A stretch of DNA of 64,000 bases from Anaerolineales bacterium (GCA_020630805.1 JAHDIM010000001.1:5887-69886), one strand, 5' to 3'; numbered from the stretch's first letter, positions 52,328-62,665 are shown. Notes: generated by a model not told the origin, from the letters alone. A program made the numbers and translations.

Positions 52328-55300
52328 ATGCGTAATCCGGTTACCCTCATTACCATCCGGCGCAAACGTCGGGCTCGCAATCAAGCGAAAGGGAATTCCG
52401 TTTGGGGATTCGCTGGCTTGGGCGTATCTGGCATTCTAATTGCGGCGCTAGCTGCCGTAGTTTTGGTTGTTGGTGGGATAGCTTCTGTCCTAACTCAGGT
52501 CTACACGTCGTATCTCACTGACTTGCCAACGCCGCGCGAAATTGAGGCAGCGTTCAACACCTCAAACGGCGCGTTTTTCCAAACCACAAAAATTTACGAC
52601 CGGACTGGACAACACTTGTTGTATGAAGTCATTGATCCCCGTGCTGGCGACCGGCAATGGTTAGCTGTCGATGCAATCCCCGAAGAATTTATTGCTGCGA
52701 CCATCTCAATTGAAGATAAAACCTACTATGAAAACCCTGGCTATGACTTAGAAGGGATTGGGCGCGCTTTTGTAAGCAATTTGCAGGGTGGACCTATTCA
52801 GGGGGGGAGCACCATTACGCAGCAGCTCATCAAAAATGTGGTGATTTCACCGAATGAGGTGGCTGCAATTAGCTATGAACGCAAATTGCGGGAAGTGTTG
52901 TTAGCAAATGAAGTGACCACGCGCTACAGCAAAGATCAAATTCTTGAGCTGTATCTCAACACTAACTTTTACGGCAACTTGGCCTATGGCATTGACGCTG
53001 CGGCGCGCGTGTACTTTGATAAATCTGCCACAGAGCTTGATCTAGCCGAAAGCACGTTGCTGGCTGCTATTCCACAATTCCCCGCGCTCAATCCGCTAGA
53101 TGCGCCAGAAGAAGCCATCAAACGGCAAGGCCTAGTGTTAGATGCAATGCAGCAACAAGGCTATCTCACACCAGAGCAGGTCGAAGCCACAAAATCTGTG
53201 GATGTCCTGAGCCGACTCAAGCCTGCTCGGGATCGCTTCAATATTGTTGCGCCGCATTTTAGTTTTTACGTGCTGCAAAATCTTTTAGACCAGCTAGATC
53301 CACAGCTTGTCTATCGCGGTGGGCTTCGCGTTTATACGTCTTTAGACTATGACCTGCAAAGCCAAGTCGAGTGCGTTGCTCGAACGCATATCAATCACTT
53401 GAGCGGTGGTGATCCGAATGTGGTGGTTGACACAGAGAGCGGCGACGCTTGCATGGCTGCCAATTTCTTGCCGCCACTTCGCGCTGCTGACGTAGGCGTA
53501 GATCACAACGTTTCCAATGTGTCTGTCACAGTTTACGATCACACCAGCGGCCAGATTTTGGCGATGCTGGGGTCCCGTGATTACTGGGACGAAAGCATTG
53601 ACGGAAGCTTCAACGTTGCTGCTGATGGATTGCGCCAACCAGGATCTTCATTCAAGCCGTTTGCATACATCACTGCGTTTTCACAAGGCTACACCCCTGC
53701 AACAATGGTCTTAGACGTGCGCAAAGGCTTTGATGCTGGCATCAATGAACCTTATGTGCCTGAGAACTATGACCGTCGTTTCCATGGTCCAGTCAGCTTG
53801 CGACAAGCGTTGGCTCGCTCTTATAACGTGCCTGCCGTTGAAGTGACAAACTGGGTCGGAGTGGAAAATGTCATTCGGACTGCGCATCAAATGGGCATCA
53901 ACAATCTGACGGATGACTCTAGTCAGTATGGGCTGGCGCTTAGCCTTGGTGGGGGCGAAGTGACCTTGTTGGATATGGCTGTGGCCTACGGAGTGATGTC
54001 CAATGGCGGCACGATGGTTGGGCAGCCGATTGATCCCGCAAACGTGCGCCGTGGGTTCCGCGCCTTAGACCCGATTTCGATTCTGCGTATTGAAGACAGT
54101 GTTGGCCAAACCTTGCAAGTCTGTGGAGTGTCACACGACCAAGCCTGTGACTTCACGGCCCCAAGTGCGCAACAAGTCTTAAGCCCGCAGTTGAGCTATC
54201 TCATCACAGATGTGTTGTCTGACAACGAGTCGCGGATTGCGGCGTTTGGGAGCCCAAACCCATTGGAAGTGGGGCGTCCAGCAGCAGCCAAAACGGGGAC
54301 CACGAATAATCTGGTTGACAATTGGACCATGGGTTATACACCGCAGCTGACTGTTGGCGTTTGGGTGGGCAACACGGACTCTACACCCATGGAGGATATT
54401 TCAGGTGTGACCGGAGCCGGTCCAATTTGGAACGCTGTCATGAAATATGCAACCCAGAATTTGCCACCCGTTGGTTGGGAGCAACCGTCTGGGATTTCGC
54501 AGTTGCAGGTGTGTTATCCATCTGGATTGTTGCCATCACGCGAGTGTCAACAATACAAGAACGATATTTTCGTGCAAGGCACAGAACCACAGCGTGCCGA
54601 CAATATTTGGCGCACGTATCAAATCAATCGGGAGACGGGCAAGCTGGCAACAATTTACACTGCGCCAGAACTAATTGAAGAGCAAACATTTCAAGTACTG
54701 CCAGATGAAGCCAATGACTGGATTTTGGCGGCAGGCATTGCCCAGCCGCCAACGGAGTATGACACGCTAGGTCCGCAATTTGACGGTAGTCAGAATGTGG
54801 TAGTGACCTATCCATTGCCATTCGACTATGTGCGCGGCGTATTTGACATTACTGGCATAGCGAAAACAGAAGGCTTTTCGTTTGCCAAAGTACAGTTTGG
54901 CGCGGGGCTAAATCCGACTGAATGGACACAAATTGGCCCAGACAAGGTCGAGCCGCTCGAAGAAGAAGGGCGCTTAGAAACCTTCAATACCAGCGGATTT
55001 GAAGGTCTTTACACATTGCAGGTGCTGGTAGTGCGTGAAGATCAGTTGTTTGAGCAGGTCAATGTGCCAATCACAGTGGATAACACGGTGCCATTTGTAG
55101 AGTTGGTCGCACCACTAAATGGAGACGTTATCTCGCTTGACGATGAATCCTTAGTCGTTCAACCAAATGCCGCTGACAATTTGGCATTAGAGAGCGTCAA
55201 TCTGTTTGTGAATGGCGGGCTTGCGGAGACCACTAGTGTTGCACCGTTTACGATGCGCTGGAAGCTACCTAGCATCGGCAACTATGCTTTGTATGTAGAA

Positions 55301-55363
55301 GCGCAAGATGCTGCTGGAAACATTGCGCGGAGCGAGACCGTCACAGTGACGGTAGAAGAATAA
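52328..55363 (+). CDS. Bifunctional class A penicillin-binding protein (glycosyltransferase + transpeptidase) with long C-terminal extension
   Basis: GT51 motifs IEDKTYYENPGYD and GGSTITQQLIKN. Transpeptidase motifs SSFKPF (SxxK), SYN (SxN) and KTGTT. About 250 aa of extra beta-rich C-terminus. Confidence 0.92.
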   Translation: MRNPVTLITIRRKRRARNQAKGNSVWGFAGLGVSGILIAALAAVVLVVGGIASVLTQVYTSYLTDLPTPREIEAAFNTSNGAFFQTTKIYDRTGQHLLYEVIDPRAGDRQWLAVDAIPEEFIAATISIEDKTYYENPGYDLEGIGRAFVSNLQGGPIQGGSTITQQLIKNVVISPNEVAAISYERKLREVLLANEVTTRYSKDQILELYLNTNFYGNLAYGIDAAARVYFDKSATELDLAESTLLAAIPQFPALNPLDAPEEAIKRQGLVLDAMQQQGYLTPEQVEATKSVDVLSRLKPARDRFNIVAPHFSFYVLQNLLDQLDPQLVYRGGLRVYTSLDYDLQSQVECVARTHINHLSGGDPNVVVDTESGDACMAANFLPPLRAADVGVDHNVSNVSVTVYDHTSGQILAMLGSRDYWDESIDGSFNVAADGLRQPGSSFKPFAYITAFSQGYTPATMVLDVRKGFDAGINEPYVPENYDRRFHGPVSLRQALARSYNVPAVEVTNWVGVENVIRTAHQMGINNLTDDSSQYGLALSLGGGEVTLLDMAVAYGVMSNGGTMVGQPIDPANVRRGFRALDPISILRIEDSVGQTLQVCGVSHDQACDFTAPSAQQVLSPQLSYLITDVLSDNESRIAAFGSPNPLEVGRPAAAKTGTTNNLVDNWTMGYTPQLTVGVWVGNTDSTPMEDISGVTGAGPIWNAVMKYATQNLPPVGWEQPSGISQLQVCYPSGLLPSRECQQYKNDIFVQGTEPQRADNIWRTYQINRETGKLATIYTAPELIEEQTFQVLPDEANDWILAAGIAQPPTEYDTLGPQFDGSQNVVVTYPLPFDYVRGVFDITGIAKTEGFSFAKVQFGAGLNPTEWTQIGPDKVEPLEEEGRLETFNTSGFEGLYTLQVLVVREDQLFEQVNVPITVDNTVPFVELVAPLNGDVISLDDESLVVQPNAADNLALESVNLFVNGGLAETTSVAPFTMRWKLPSIGNYALYVEAQDAAGNIARSETVTVTVEE

Positions 55364-55364
55364 G

Positions 55365-55548
55365 CCAAGCCTAGTGGTTTGCCAATCTTGATATCAAGGT
55401 TTGAATATTTTGCTCTTGAAATCAAGCAGAGGCGCCACCTTGACCCCTGGCACAGTTGCAGCATATTCGCTGGAGCCTAGGAAGCTCCTCTGCCTTAGGC
55501 CAGCAGAAAAGACACCGAGTTTTTATCTATGACAAACCACTAGTTTGG
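55365..55548 (+). other. About 184-nt region with nested long-range helices (candidate structured 3' UTR or sRNA)
   Basis: CTAGTGGTTTG (55371-55381) pairs with CAAACCACTAG (55533-55543). TTTTGCT (55408-55414) pairs with AGCagAAAA (55502-55510). GCAGAGG (55426-55432) pairs with CCTCTGC (55487-55493). The strand is not established. Confidence 0.3.
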
Positions 55549-55555
55549 TTAAAGC

Positions 55556-55589
55556 AAAACGCGCTAGTCATTGACTAACGCGTTTTTTT
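55556..55589. terminator. Bidirectional terminator between PBP1A and the DtxR-family gene
   Basis: AAAACGCGcTAGTCA-t-TGACTAaCGCGTTTTTTT (one mismatch). Confidence 0.75.
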
Positions 55590-55607
55590 GATCCTGCTAA
55601 ATTCTGC

Positions 55608-56315
55608 TTACTCGACCCAAATGTCAGCGGCCAATTCTGCGCCAACCACTTGCTCGTCACGATTGTTAATCTTGACACGAATGGGGCCATTGAAGGGCGC
55701 ACGATTAACCACTTCAATTTGCTGACCCGGTGTCATTTGAATCTCGGCCAAATACAGCAATTTGTCACGCGAGTGACTTTTGATCCGGCTGATTTTGCCT
55801 TTTGTGCCAATCTCAACAGTTGCCATTGGCAGGTCATTGATTGTTTCAATGACGCCTTCTTTTGAAGGAATTGGTTCGCCATGCGGACAGCGCGTTGGGA
55901 AGCCACATAGCATATCCATGCGGTCTTCTACTTCTTGAGACAAATCTTCGAAGTCGTGCGCGTACTGATGCGCTTCATGCCAGCCAAAGTTCATCACATC
56001 AACCAGAAAGCGTTCTACCAACCGATGGCTGCGAATTTCACGGAGTGCTTCGCGGACGCCTTTTTCAGTCAACGTCACACCTTTATAAGGCTCACGACCA
56101 CAGTAGCCATCACACACAAGGCGACGGATCATCTTAACTGCTGCAGGCGGGGAAACGTGAAGCCGCTCTGCCAACAAGTTTGTTGGAACCTTGCCACCAT
56201 TTTCATCATGAATGCGATAGATCTCAGCCAAATATTCGCGTTGTGGCTGTGTCAGCGGTGGTTCCTTACCCGGATAGACCGGTTTATTGTGCAGATGTGA
56301 GTAATACGTTTCCAT
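55608..56315 (-). CDS. DtxR/MntR-family metal-dependent transcriptional regulator with C-terminal FeoA/SH3-like domain
   Basis: Winged HTH LLAERLHVSPPAAVKMIRRL. Metal-site region is SHRLVERFL...HEAHQYAHDFEDL and CPHGEPIP. The start is uncertain. Confidence 0.85.
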   Translation of the reverse strand: METYYSHLHNKPVYPGKEPPLTQPQREYLAEIYRIHDENGGKVPTNLLAERLHVSPPAAVKMIRRLVCDGYCGREPYKGVTLTEKGVREALREIRSHRLVERFLVDVMNFGWHEAHQYAHDFEDLSQEVEDRMDMLCGFPTRCPHGEPIPSKEGVIETINDLPMATVEIGTKGKISRIKSHSRDKLLYLAEIQMTPGQQIEVVNRAPFNGPIRVKINNRDEQVVGAELAADIWVE

Positions 56316-56421
56316 TTTTTACCTAGGCTAATTTTAGCAGTAATGCCCTCCAAATGTACATAAAAGATATATTTTTAATGCATCAATTCCCGCGAATTGA
56401 AATCGAGTACACTGAGTTTCT

Positions 56422-57843
56422 ATGCTGAAATTCTTCCATCGCTGTTTCTTGCCTTTACTTCTGGTCACAGTTCTGCCTTTGTTGGGCTGTAACCTGCTGA
56501 GTTTGGCTTTAGAAGATAGCCCGACTGTTGATCCCAAACCTGAAGCAACTCAAATTTCCATAACTGCAACAACAGCAGAACAGGACGCTACGTCTTTAGT
56601 CCAATCCTCAACGGCAACTCCTGCTCCTCCCTTAGTTGAACTTGTCCAAGACTATGAAATTTCGGATGGAAAACCAACCCCATTTCCGGCTGTTCACACT
56701 GATACCAGTCAGCAAACGGCAGTTCTTGAAGAATACTGGGCATATTTAGAGACGGACCATGTGTATCGGTTAGCGCTAGCGGATTTGTTTGCAGAACTGC
56801 GCCCAGAATCAGAAGCCCGGTTAGCGGCAGGAATGTCTAATGCAGAATTTTGGGCGATGCTCAGTGAAATGACCTACGCTTTAGGCGATGAGCATTCGTA
56901 TTTCTTCACAGCAGATCAGTCTGAGGGTGTGCGCAATCTTAGCCGCGGTGCAAGCGGATACTCTGGCGTTGGCGTGGCGCTGGTTGGGCTTCCTGAAACC
57001 CAAACCGCATTAGTGGGATGGGCAATTCCAGACAACCCAGCATCGCAGGTCGGTATCCGAGCTGGTGATCAGATTTTGGCTGTGGACGGATTCCGATATT
57101 GCTGCGCAGGCAATGGCGAACCATTTAATTTCCTGTCAGGCCCAGGCGATGTGCCGGTTGAGATCCTTGTACAAAAGCCCAACGGTGATGTTTTAGAAGT
57201 CACTGTAAATCGGGCTCCAATCCAGTTGACATCTGAAATTGAGGTCGCGCGCTTTGGTGACATTGGCTATCTCCGCATCAATACATTTTTTAGTCATGAC
57301 ATTCGTGCCAAGTTTGAAACCGAATGGCAAGCGCTTAATGCGAAGCAAGACTTAGCGGGCTTGATTATTGATTTGCGGACGAACACAGGCGGCCTGATCA
57401 ACCCTATGCACAATATATTGGCAAACTTTGTCGATGGTGATTTGCATTGGTATTACGAGCCGTATGCCGAAGACGGCAAACTAATTCCGCGAAATATGCG
57501 TGGCGATGATGTTCTTGGCTCGCAATCTATTCCACTTGCAGTGCTTGTGAGCGCAGCGACCAATTCAGGCGGTGAACTTTTTGCTGGTTATTTGTCCGTC
57601 AATCAAGGCCATCGGACAACCATTATTGGCATGCCGACTCATGCGAATATCGAAAAGATTACGCCATATGAATTGAGTGACGGCTCAACGTTGTACCTAG
57701 CCACCGACACAATTTGGCCGTTAGAAGGCAACTGGGAAGAGGACGGCGTACCGCTAGACATCCAAATGGAATTTGATTGGCAGCATCTTGGCGATCCAGA
57801 CTTAGATGCGGTGCTAAACAAGGCGTTAGAGGTGCTAAATTGA
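56422..57843 (+). CDS. S41 family C-terminal processing peptidase with PDZ domain
   Basis: Signal peptide, PDZ (GIRAGDQILAVDG), LIIDLRTNTGG and SAATNSGGELFAG. Confidence 0.85.
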   Translation: MLKFFHRCFLPLLLVTVLPLLGCNLLSLALEDSPTVDPKPEATQISITATTAEQDATSLVQSSTATPAPPLVELVQDYEISDGKPTPFPAVHTDTSQQTAVLEEYWAYLETDHVYRLALADLFAELRPESEARLAAGMSNAEFWAMLSEMTYALGDEHSYFFTADQSEGVRNLSRGASGYSGVGVALVGLPETQTALVGWAIPDNPASQVGIRAGDQILAVDGFRYCCAGNGEPFNFLSGPGDVPVEILVQKPNGDVLEVTVNRAPIQLTSEIEVARFGDIGYLRINTFFSHDIRAKFETEWQALNAKQDLAGLIIDLRTNTGGLINPMHNILANFVDGDLHWYYEPYAEDGKLIPRNMRGDDVLGSQSIPLAVLVSAATNSGGELFAGYLSVNQGHRTTIIGMPTHANIEKITPYELSDGSTLYLATDTIWPLEGNWEEDGVPLDIQMEFDWQHLGDPDLDAVLNKALEVLN

Positions 57844-57861
57844 GTATCCCAATTAAGCAGA

Positions 57862-59166
57862 GTGTGCTACCCTAAACAAGAAGCCACCGCCACAACTGAG
57901 AGGATTGTTATCACTGCTAAAGTCACCTTGCCGCCCCCATCTATCACCTTAACAAAAGCCGATGCACGGCGCTTTATGTTGGCGCATCAGCGGTTGTTGA
58001 CGCCGCGTCAATTGATGGGCAAGCAGGGGGTTTTAGACTTTGTCAAACACGTGGGATGTATCCAGTATGACCCCATCAACGTGGTGGGACGCAGTGCAGA
58101 CATTACCTTGCAAGCACGCGTCGGGGATTACTCGCCCGCTTATCTTGAGCAGTTGCTCTATCAAGATCGTAAGTTGGTTGATGGATGGGATAAGGTTGCG
58201 TCTATCTATGCGATGGAAGATCGGCCTTATTTCGAACGTCATCGTAAAGCCATGCAAGATCGGCATATCAAAAGTCCTGCGCGTGAAATTCTTCCGCATG
58301 TCTTGAAAACCATTGAAGAACGGGGGCCACAACGGGCGCAAGACTTTCAGCATGCAGCATTGGTAATGGGGGGCTGGGGTAAACCTATTCGCATGGCGCG
58401 TGAGGCGCTCAACGTCTTATATGACGTTGGAGATTTAGCGCTGCACAACCGCGTGGGCGCAATTCGCGTGTTTGATTTAGCTGAGAAACTTGTCCCGGAA
58501 GATATTCTGCACGCTGAGGAGCCCAATCTGAAAGATGTGGACTATCAGGATTGGCATGTTATGCGTCGCATTGGCAGTATGGGCATTGTTCAAGCGTTTG
58601 CAGGTGATCACTGGAATGGGATTACCAACGTAAAAAGTATTGCTCGCAAAGCGACAATTCGGCGGCTGGTTGAGGCGGAGCAGCTCACTACTGTTGAAAT
58701 TGAGGACTTACCGCAACGTCAGTTTTATGTTCGAACGGCAGATCTGCCACGGCTGCACTTGCTCCGCTTAAAAGAGCCAGTGCCAAACGCTTGTCTCATT
58801 GGGCCGCTCGATAATCTTATCTGGGATCGTGACCTTATTCGTGCTATTTTTGACTTTGACTATGTCTGGGAAGTTTACAAACCAGCAGTCAAACGCCAGT
58901 ATGGATACTATGTATTACCTGTAATCTATCAGGATCGCTTCATTGCCAGAGTTGATCTTGGCTTTGACAAGAAAACGCGAATGCTCAGCATTGAAAACTG
59001 GTGGTGGGAAGCTAATGTTACGCCAGATGATGCCATGCGAGGCGCGCTCATAGAGGCCTTTCAGGCGTTTATGCGCTATTTAGACACCCGCCAACTGCAA
59101 CTTGGGGAATCATATGTAGGGGAGATCCTCTTGGACAATATTGTATCCAAGGCTAGAATGTCCTGA
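57862..59166 (+). CDS. YcaQ-family winged-helix protein (AlkZ-like crosslink-repair glycosylase family)
   Basis: 434 aa. ITLTKADARRFMLAHQRLL, GCIQYDPINVVGRS and YGYYVLPVIYQDRFIARVD. GTG start as in the track. Confidence 0.7.
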   Translation: MCYPKQEATATTERIVITAKVTLPPPSITLTKADARRFMLAHQRLLTPRQLMGKQGVLDFVKHVGCIQYDPINVVGRSADITLQARVGDYSPAYLEQLLYQDRKLVDGWDKVASIYAMEDRPYFERHRKAMQDRHIKSPAREILPHVLKTIEERGPQRAQDFQHAALVMGGWGKPIRMAREALNVLYDVGDLALHNRVGAIRVFDLAEKLVPEDILHAEEPNLKDVDYQDWHVMRRIGSMGIVQAFAGDHWNGITNVKSIARKATIRRLVEAEQLTTVEIEDLPQRQFYVRTADLPRLHLLRLKEPVPNACLIGPLDNLIWDRDLIRAIFDFDYVWEVYKPAVKRQYGYYVLPVIYQDRFIARVDLGFDKKTRMLSIENWWWEANVTPDDAMRGALIEAFQAFMRYLDTRQLQLGESYVGEILLDNIVSKARMS

Positions 59167-60042
59167 CTTCCTCTGTTGCTCCAATTTAAGCGGGTCAATT
59201 GTCAAGTGGCCTAAAACGGCATAGTGATCCATCCCAGTGCCACCATCCAAGCGATTGGTGCCATCTGTTAGCCCCAGTACGACGCTTTCACCTTCTGCAA
59301 AGTTTGACACAATATGATCTAGCGTAAAACTACGCCACAAAAACTGATGGGTGGCCTCTGGGCGCTGCGATTTATCTTGTCTGGCATGATGCCGGTAAGG
59401 TTTGCTTGCGTCTGGCAGGCCCGCATATTTGTTCCACTCTCTTGCTGAAGAGTCTGAAGTGCGGAATGGATCAAAATTTAAATCCCCAACAATCAGATTG
59501 TATTTGCCGCTAGCTAGGGGCCGAACGCCATTGCCTGTTTTGAAGATGCTGCGAATGGCATTGACTCGCCAAGTGACGCTCCGAGATGAGAAGTGTGCAA
59601 AAACAATATTGAATTCAAAGTCGCCTAAGTAGGCTGGCACGCTAGAGACACAAAACTTGTCAAAGGGGTCAGGCGCGAAACTGATTGTGCGCGCGGCGGC
59701 AGGGTAGTACGCGCCCTTGGAGCAGCCTGGAAAGCCACCATGATCGACATGAATTGCGACACAAGTGTGGTAATAGGTGCTATCTGTGATGATGGTGTAA
59801 TCATTACCGAGCAAGCGACGTGCTTGCGTGTTTTGATAGTCAGCCCATTTTTCCTGTGGCGTGTCGTTATAGTTGATTTCTTGTAACGCGACAATGGCTG
59901 GTTTGTGATGACGAATGCGTTTGGCAATGGCACGCTCTATCTTCGCTTCACAGAGGTTGTACTTCTTTTTGCGGCACTTCAAACTCAAATTGCCAACATT
60001 GGCTGTTAGTACGGAAAATCTACGTAATACTGAATCTTTCAT
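59110..60042 (-). CDS. Endonuclease/exonuclease/phosphatase (EEP) family protein
   Basis: FSVLTANVGN, IVALQEI, LIVGDLNFDP and GMDHYAV. The 3' end overlaps the convergent YcaQ gene by 57 nt. Confidence 0.8.
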   Translation of the reverse strand: MKDSVLRRFSVLTANVGNLSLKCRKKKYNLCEAKIERAIAKRIRHHKPAIVALQEINYNDTPQEKWADYQNTQARRLLGNDYTIITDSTYYHTCVAIHVDHGGFPGCSKGAYYPAAARTISFAPDPFDKFCVSSVPAYLGDFEFNIVFAHFSSRSVTWRVNAIRSIFKTGNGVRPLASGKYNLIVGDLNFDPFRTSDSSAREWNKYAGLPDASKPYRHHARQDKSQRPEATHQFLWRSFTLDHIVSNFAEGESVVLGLTDGTNRLDGGTGMDHYAVLGHLTIDPLKLEQQRKSGHSSLGYNIVQEDLPYI

Positions 60043-60265
60043 ATCTCACAACTACCTTTACTATTACACACTAAAATCCGTTGGAATGCGGTTATAAATT
60101 AGGTGTAAGGTCGTGTGAAATTGAGTAAGATTAGTAAAAACAAAAAAATAATGTCTTTTTTTGTAAGGTTCTATTGATGCGTGGTTTGTAAATGTATCTA
60201 ATGGCGCAGAATAGATGTATTGTTAAGTTTAGTGTCTGTAGAGCTTGCCTTTCCTTCAACAGAGA

Positions 60266-62665
60266 CTAAATTCCCATCGGTGCCCAAACATTTTTGACCT
60301 GAGTGGCCTGTCGGAGAAAGACTTCCCCTTCACTTTCGGTACTAAGCCAGTCAATGTTTTTTCCATTACTGACCCATGTGCGCTTCATATTGTCGGCTGA
60401 ACGGAATTCGATTTCGCGACTGCCAAGTGCATCGCCAAAATACCACATGGCGTCTACATCGTCGTGTTCTACAAGTGTCTTGCTGAGGTGATCCCGATTG
60501 CCAGTGACGATGTTCACAACACCGCCAGGCAAGTCTGACGTTTCAAAAATCTGATACAGATCCGTGGCACACAGTGGCGCGTTTGGACTTGGAATTGCGA
60601 CTACTGTGTTACCACGTGCGATTGCTGGCCCAACGAGCGAAACAAATCCGAGCAGAGGCATGTCATCTGAACAGGCAATACCAATGACACCGACAGGATC
60701 TGTCATGCCAACGACAAGGCCGTATAACGGCGTTTCTTGCACTGTCCCACCGTATTTGTCGGCCCAAGCCGCATAACTGAACAGCCGCGAAATACTGGTT
60801 TCAACTTCCGCGTCAGCAGCCTTTCGGCTCTTGCCAGTCTGCGCTCGGATCCGATCGGCGAATTCAGCCGCGCGTATGCTCATATTTTCAGCAATGTAGT
60901 ACAGAATTTGCGCACGATTATGGGGCGTGCGATCGGCCCAGCCTTTCGCGCTATGGGCGGCAGCAACGGCATTGCGAATATCTTTTCGATTACCATCACT
61001 GGCATAGCCGACAAAATTACCTTTTGGTGACGTCACTGCATAGCTGTAGTGACCGTCAGGACGCGCTTGCTTACCACCGATATACAGCTTAGAAGTGCGG
61101 TCGACTGCATCGTTAGTGCCATTAGTGGGGATTGGAAACGCAGGGGTATGCTTGCCCCAATTTAGGTCACGTTCTGGCAACTGGTTCAGATCGGCGCGTG
61201 CGGAATCCGCTGGGTGAACGTACTCATAAAGACCTTCTTTGCCACCTTCGCGTCCAAATCCACTTTCGTAGTACCCGCCAAATCCGGCGGCGGCATCAAA
61301 CTGGTTAGTGCAATTGATCCAAATAGAACCAGCGCGGACTTGGGTTGCCACTTCTAGTGCCACGTTGATATTCTCAGACCAAATGCTGGCTGCTAACCCA
61401 TACCGCGTGTTGTTTGCCAAACTGACCGCTTCGCTTTTCATGCGGAATGTCATGCCAACCAACACTGGACCAAAAATTTCTTCGGTTACGACAGATGAGG
61501 CTTGATCAAGCCCGGTCAGCAGCGTGGGTGGATAGTAAGCGCCTCCCGTTGGGATAACACAGTTAGCTTTGTAGCATTCAGCCCCTTCGCTGATACCAAG
61601 TTGTACCCAACTGTCAATTTGCTGATATTGCGCGTCGTCAACAACTGCCCCCATGTCAATAGTTTTGTCGAGTGGATGCCCGACACGCAGTGTATCCATA
61701 CGGCGTTTGAGCTTTGCGAAGAATTCAGTCGCGATGCTTTCTTGCACAAGCAAGCGTGAGCCTGCGCAGCAAACCTCGCCCTGATTGAACCATATCGCAT
61801 CGACTAACCCTTCAATGGCGGCGTCTTGATCGGCGTCCGCAAAAACAATAAACGGCGATTTTCCGCCTAACTCAAGCGAGAGTTTGACATCGCGTCCAGC
61901 CGTTGCGCGGCGAATGATCTTGCCGACTTCGGTAGAGCCGGTAAACGCTAATTTATCGAAGCCAGGGTGTCCGGTAATGGCTTTCCCAGTTTCATCATCG
62001 CCCGGCACAATGTTGACCACGCCCTTTGGCAAGTCCACACTTTGGCAGATTTCTGCAAAGAGCAGAGCCGTCAGCGGGGTCGCTGGGGCTGGCTTGATGA
62101 CGACTGTATTGCCCATGGCTAACGCTGGGGCAATTTTCCAAGCTAGCATTAGCAGTGGGAAATTCCACGGAATCACTTGCCCAACCACGCCTAGTGCTTT
62201 GTAACCAGACATCGTTTGTGACATCAGTTGGGCCCAACCGGCGTGATGGTAGAAATGACGGGCGACTAAGGGCACATCAATGTCGCGGGTTTCACGGATT
62301 GATTTACCGTTATCAAGTGCTTCTAGCACGGCAAACAAGCGATCATGCTTCTGAATATTGCGTGCAATTGCGTACAGATATTGCGCGCGCTTGTGATCAC
62401 TCAGTTGTGACCAGCTGGCATGCGCAGCTCTAGCACTCTTATAGGCCGCTGCGACATCAGCAGGCGTCCCGATGGCAACATCTGCCAGATGCTGACCATC
62501 GGCTGGGCAATGTACAGCTAAGGTGTCATTGTCAAGACCGACCATGTCGCCATTGATGAATAAGCCAAACTTACGACCATGGGCATTGAGCCATGCTTGG
62601 GCAGCAGCATCAGATTCCATAGCGGGGACGTAGTCTAAGGTGTCGAGAGCAGTTTTGAGATCCAT
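60266..62665 (-). CDS. Aldehyde dehydrogenase fused to a second, truncated ALDH-like module
   Basis: 799 aa. Module 1 has PWNFPLLM, LELGGKSP and GEVCCAGSR. Module 2 (from about aa 520) repeats the NAD-binding half (GVIGIACSDDMPLLGF..., GGVVNIVTG) but has VSNGKN in place of ELGGK and no catalytic Cys segment. Confidence 0.85.
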   Translation of the reverse strand: MDLKTALDTLDYVPAMESDAAAQAWLNAHGRKFGLFINGDMVGLDNDTLAVHCPADGQHLADVAIGTPADVAAAYKSARAAHASWSQLSDHKRAQYLYAIARNIQKHDRLFAVLEALDNGKSIRETRDIDVPLVARHFYHHAGWAQLMSQTMSGYKALGVVGQVIPWNFPLLMLAWKIAPALAMGNTVVIKPAPATPLTALLFAEICQSVDLPKGVVNIVPGDDETGKAITGHPGFDKLAFTGSTEVGKIIRRATAGRDVKLSLELGGKSPFIVFADADQDAAIEGLVDAIWFNQGEVCCAGSRLLVQESIATEFFAKLKRRMDTLRVGHPLDKTIDMGAVVDDAQYQQIDSWVQLGISEGAECYKANCVIPTGGAYYPPTLLTGLDQASSVVTEEIFGPVLVGMTFRMKSEAVSLANNTRYGLAASIWSENINVALEVATQVRAGSIWINCTNQFDAAAGFGGYYESGFGREGGKEGLYEYVHPADSARADLNQLPERDLNWGKHTPAFPIPTNGTNDAVDRTSKLYIGGKQARPDGHYSYAVTSPKGNFVGYASDGNRKDIRNAVAAAHSAKGWADRTPHNRAQILYYIAENMSIRAAEFADRIRAQTGKSRKAADAEVETSISRLFSYAAWADKYGGTVQETPLYGLVVGMTDPVGVIGIACSDDMPLLGFVSLVGPAIARGNTVVAIPSPNAPLCATDLYQIFETSDLPGGVVNIVTGNRDHLSKTLVEHDDVDAMWYFGDALGSREIEFRSADNMKRTWVSNGKNIDWLSTESEGEVFLRQATQVKNVWAPMGI

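Noticed and set aside
55365-55548. Assigning the structured spacer to SRP RNA or 6S RNA.
   Set aside because: I could not find the conserved SRP domain IV sequence context. A rod-like shape alone is insufficient for 6S, so it is left as an unassigned structure.
59110-60265. EEP gene plus AT-rich flank as a horizontally acquired island or mobile element.
   Set aside because: There is no integrase, transposase, tRNA target or flanking direct or inverted repeats. By eye, only the intergenic flank is compositionally deviant.
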